NCBI GenBank assembly: GCA_050872805.1
Contig: JBNMHN010000001.1
Span: 1 to 58,371, forward strand
DNA: 58,371 nt
Direction: 5' to 3'
Source of the DNA: Clostridia bacterium
Lineage (GTDB): Bacteria; Bacillota; Clostridia; Christensenellales; UBA1242
Shown here: positions 55,331 through 58,371 of the stretch, in pieces
Layout of the letters: each line of letters starts with the position of its first letter
Position numbering within the stretch: the first letter of the stretch is position 1
Notes under the pieces: model-generated
What the model was told of the DNA's origin: nothing
The model's database searches: none
What the model saw: the letters and a program-made list of their open reading frames with translations, nothing else
Program-made: the position numbers and the translations under genes

Positions 55331-57388
55331 TCAGCCTTTAAGCGCAATTTTGTATGCGGCGGTGATTTTTTCAAACCATTGTCTTTCAATGGCTTCGACT
55401 TCTTCACTTGTCAATGTTTCGTCAAAACTATTGTAAGTTATTTGTATGAGTTGTGAGGTTGTGCCCTCTTTGACGCCTTTGCCTTTGTAGAGGTCTTTGG
55501 CTTCGATATTGATAATTTTATTAGACGTTTTCTCAATTTCCGTTTTATAGTCCGCAAACTTCACGTCAGTTGGAACAAGCAAATTGTACTCTCTTGTGAT
55601 GCTTGGGAATTTGCTTTGCTCCTCAAGCGCGGTCGTTCCCATAGAAAGCATATCAATGTTGATTTCAAGATAGTATACCTTTTCGCGGACAAGTTTACCA
55701 TTCTCAAAGTTCTTGACCGCGCCGTCATCCAAAATACCGATGATACCAAACTTTTTGCCGCCAACCAAAATATCCGCGCAAAGTTCAAAGGTTGGCTCTT
55801 GCTTTTCGACAAGTTCAAACGGCATACTGTATTGCGCCATAATGAGTTCTAACACTTGCTTGATATCGTAGAAATCATACGGAACATTTTTATCAATGCC
55901 AAAGCCCTTTTCAATTTTGTTCCCACACAAAACGACTGCCAAGTGCGAATTTTGCCCGTAGCCCGTGTCCGCGCTCGCGTCGCGCTTGAACACTGTGCCG
56001 ATTTCAAAAATCGGCTCGCACACGCCGTCTTTTGCGACGTTGTACACAAGCGTGTTCACCATACTATAAATGAGGTTGGGACGCATCAGTGCAAACTTGT
56101 TTGAAAGCGGATTAATCAACTTAATGTCGCCATAAAGTTCGCTTTTTTCGTCGATTTTGAGCATTTTCATTGCGTTTTCGTGGATAAACGAATACGAAAT
56201 GCACTCATTCGCCCCAACGCCGTACAACAAATTGCGCAAAATGTCGGAATTAATGATATAGTCGTTTGGCTCGTATTCGACGCTCAAATTCGGCATTGTC
56301 GGCTCAATGTTGTGGTAGCCGAAAATTTGCGCGACGTCGCCCACAACGTCAATTTTATCTTCAAAGTCAAGCCTATAATTTGGCGCGATGACCTCAATGT
56401 TTTGGTCGTCCAAAACGCTTACAGTATAGTAATAACTTTCAAGCAACTTTTTTATGTCCTGCGCTGAAAATTTTGTTCCCAAAATTTTATTGATGTACGA
56501 CACTTCAAGTTGTTTTTTGTTTTCCTTAGAATTTTCAAACTTAACAAACGCTGAATCTAATTGCCCACCGCAGTTTTCCAAAATGTACTCAGCGCACAAG
56601 CACGCGCCAAGTTTTGTGATATTCGCGTCCACGCCGCGCTCGTATCTATACGACGCAAGCGTGCTGATGTGCGTGTTTTGGCTTACAACGCGCAATTTGA
56701 TTGGATTAAAGTTTGCCGACTCAATGACGATGTTTTTCGTATTTTCGTCCACTTCAACTTTTTGCGTGCCAATAATGCCCGCAAGGCACACGGCGCCGCT
56801 GCTGTCCTTTATAATAATGCTGCCCTTTGGCGCAGTGATTTCGCTGCCGTTGATTGTCGTCAACTTTGTGTCACTTGCTAGGTTGTCAAACTCAAGTTTT
56901 GCATTGAGTTTATCTAGGTCGTACACGTGAATCGGCTGCCCAAGTTCTAGCATAACAAAGTTTGAGAAATCAACAATCGGGTTGACGCTTGCAACGCCCA
57001 AATTGTGCAACAATTTAACAATCTTTTCAGGCGTCTTTTTGGTGTTGTCAATGTTTTTGATGCAAACAAGCACCAAATTGCCGACGTCGTCGGTTTTGAT
57101 TTCCACATCAATCGGCAAATTCTTTAGCCCCGACAAATCAACTTTGCTTTCAATCTTTGGCTCCTTGTTATATTTTTTATAAACATAATATTCGCGCAAA
57201 ACGCCCAAATGCGAAAGCATATCGGGGCGGTTTGCCTTGACCTCAAGTTCGACAATGGCGTCGTCGTCCATTTCTTCTTCGCACGCGACTTCAAAGCCCT
57301 GTAGGTCTAACCAATTACGGTCGAAATCCTTATAATCAATGGATTCGCCCGCCAACTTTTCTAAAAATCTATGTGAATATTTGAACAT
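55331..57388 (-). CDS. pheT: phenylalanine--tRNA ligase beta subunit, short form lacking the N-terminal OB-fold tRNA-binding domain
   Basis: B3/4, B5 and FDX-ACB-type regions are recognisable. At 685 aa it is shorter than the approx 800 aa typical of bacteria. The sequence passes from LQGFEVA directly to IVELEVKANRPDMLSHLGVLRE. Confidence 0.88.
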   Translation of the reverse strand: MFKYSHRFLEKLAGESIDYKDFDRNWLDLQGFEVACEEEMDDDAIVELEVKANRPDMLSHLGVLREYYVYKKYNKEPKIESKVDLSGLKNLPIDVEIKTDDVGNLVLVCIKNIDNTKKTPEKIVKLLHNLGVASVNPIVDFSNFVMLELGQPIHVYDLDKLNAKLEFDNLASDTKLTTINGSEITAPKGSIIIKDSSGAVCLAGIIGTQKVEVDENTKNIVIESANFNPIKLRVVSQNTHISTLASYRYERGVDANITKLGACLCAEYILENCGGQLDSAFVKFENSKENKKQLEVSYINKILGTKFSAQDIKKLLESYYYTVSVLDDQNIEVIAPNYRLDFEDKIDVVGDVAQIFGYHNIEPTMPNLSVEYEPNDYIINSDILRNLLYGVGANECISYSFIHENAMKMLKIDEKSELYGDIKLINPLSNKFALMRPNLIYSMVNTLVYNVAKDGVCEPIFEIGTVFKRDASADTGYGQNSHLAVVLCGNKIEKGFGIDKNVPYDFYDIKQVLELIMAQYSMPFELVEKQEPTFELCADILVGGKKFGIIGILDDGAVKNFENGKLVREKVYYLEINIDMLSMGTTALEEQSKFPSITREYNLLVPTDVKFADYKTEIEKTSNKIINIEAKDLYKGKGVKEGTTSQLIQITYNSFDETLTSEEVEAIERQWFEKITAAYKIALKG

Positions 57389-57443
57389 TTTTCCTCTTCC
57401 TTATATTATTTTTCTTTTTACCGCATTAAATCGCGAACTAGCC

Positions 57444-57524
57444 TGCATAAGCAGTACAACTGCACGCCGCCCACGATAGTTTGTTGCTTGTAGGGAAAGT
57501 ACCTGCACCTGTGGCGTCTACCAC
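57444..57524 (+). repeat. intergenic mosaic repeat locus R9 (single L unit between pheS and pheT)
   Basis: GCATAAGCAG...CGCCGCCCACGATAG...GTAGGGAAAGTACCTGCACC-GTGGCGTCTACCAC. The hairpin abuts the pheS stop codon. Confidence 0.8.
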
Positions 57525-58371
57525 CTAGTGTAGTTTTTTGAATACTTTTATGTTGTTGTCGTGCAAAATGCGAAGTTCTGGCAACTTGTACTCAATCTGC
57601 GGGAACTTGCTCATCCCGTACCCAAACGCAAAGCCCTGCGTTCCCTCAGGATAACCAACATTTTTGAACACATTTGGATGCACCATTCCGCAACCGCCAA
57701 TGCGTATCCAGCCCGAGTTCTTGCACGTGCGGCACTTCTTACCGCCGCAAACAGGGCAAGTGATGTCAATGCCCGCGCTAGGCTCAGTATAAGGATAATA
57801 CGTTGGAATAAATCGCGCCGTAATCTTCTCGCCAAACACGGATTTGACGCAATTCATAATCGTGCCCTTCAAGTCCGCAAACGTGATGTCGTCGCCCACA
57901 ATCAAGCCTTCCATTTGAAAGAACATCGGCGTGTGCTGCGGGTCAAGGTCGTCCACACGATACACAATCCCCGGCGAAATAATCTTTATCGGCGGTTTGT
58001 GCTTGAGCATATAGCGAATTTGCACCGCGGACGTGTGCGAACGCAAAATTTTGTTCGGGAACTCCAAGTAAAACATATCCTGCATTCCGCGCGCAGGGTG
58101 GTGCGCAGGCATATTGAGCATTTCGCAGTTATACTTGTCAAGTTCGATTTCAGGGCCGCTCGCAACATTGAAGCCATTATTGATATAATACCTCTCAAAA
58201 CGCTTGTAAATTCTAATAAGCGGGTGCATCGCGCCGTATTTCACAATCGGCTTAGAAAGCGTAATGTCGATTTTTTCGCCCTTGCCCTTCTTTTCGCCCA
58301 ACTTTGACTTGACGGCCGCAATCTTTTCTTCCATTTGCGCGCGGAAAGCATTGACCCTTTGCCCATACTCC
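57525..58371 (-). CDS. pheS: phenylalanine--tRNA ligase alpha subunit, 5' end beyond the window
   Basis: Class II aaRS motifs (HPAR, FRxxxxDxTHxxxFHQxEG-like, GxGxGxxR-like GFAFGYGMSK) and a CPVCGGKKCRTCK zinc knuckle. The frame stays open to position 58371. Confidence 0.9.
   Translation of the reverse strand, partial: EYGQRVNAFRAQMEEKIAAVKSKLGEKKGKGEKIDITLSKPIVKYGAMHPLIRIYKRFERYYINNGFNVASGPEIELDKYNCEMLNMPAHHPARGMQDMFYLEFPNKILRSHTSAVQIRYMLKHKPPIKIISPGIVYRVDDLDPQHTPMFFQMEGLIVGDDITFADLKGTIMNCVKSVFGEKITARFIPTYYPYTEPSAGIDITCPVCGGKKCRTCKNSGWIRIGGCGMVHPNVFKNVGYPEGTQGFAFGYGMSKFPQIEYKLPELRILHDNNIKVFKKLH

Noticed and set aside
57561-58307. 248-aa plus-strand ORF antisense to pheS
   Set aside because: The Arg-rich mirror frame covers a clearly identifiable pheS gene, and there is no RBS.

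Overview
This 58.4-kb chromosomal window looks like it comes from a low/mid-GC, spore-forming Firmicute. The Clostridia-like cues are a CwlD-type amidase, a BclA-like collagen protein, GGAG/AGGAGG Shine-Dalgarno sites and Listeria-Bacteroides repeat domains.

Most genes are on the minus strand. Housekeeping genes are rsmA, an RsmC-like methyltransferase, ung, efp, pnuC, ynbB-like, yqeY-like, an MscS-family channel, tilS, pheS and pheT. They are interleaved with an unusually dense set of envelope and surface proteins:
- a 4,788-aa tail-anchored protein with about 50 Flg_new-type repeats
- an MBG-repeat lipoprotein
- a beta-helix-like repeat protein
- a transglutaminase-core protein
- a collagen-like protein
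- an ECF sigma / anti-sigma cluster with secreted and disordered proteins

The accessory content is one AbiEi/AbiEii (type IV TA / abortive infection) cassette and one class II Fic protein. I found no rRNA, tRNA, CRISPR array, transposase or integrase.

The strongest signal not explained by genes is a dispersed, mosaic family of intergenic repeats at nine loci, roughly 3 kb in total by eye. It is built from a GTAGGGACAGTACCTGCAGC-type module, short GC hairpins whose stems co-vary, a GGTACATAG...CTATGTACC palindrome and a TTGACCGCGCYAGC module. It includes a roughly 500-bp tandem array between the giant gene and the AbiE cassette, and an insertion between pheS and pheT. The organisation is REP/BIME-like, but I do not recognise the sequence as a described family.

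Other points of interest:
- a duplicated AbiE operator flanking the cassette
- a DnaA-box cluster, plus DnaA-box palindromes at two loci
- an orphan promoter-structured RNA-terminator unit
- a 28-bp perfect palindrome
- several consensus promoters followed by hairpins

All coordinates and counts were derived by eye from the sequence. No database search was possible.
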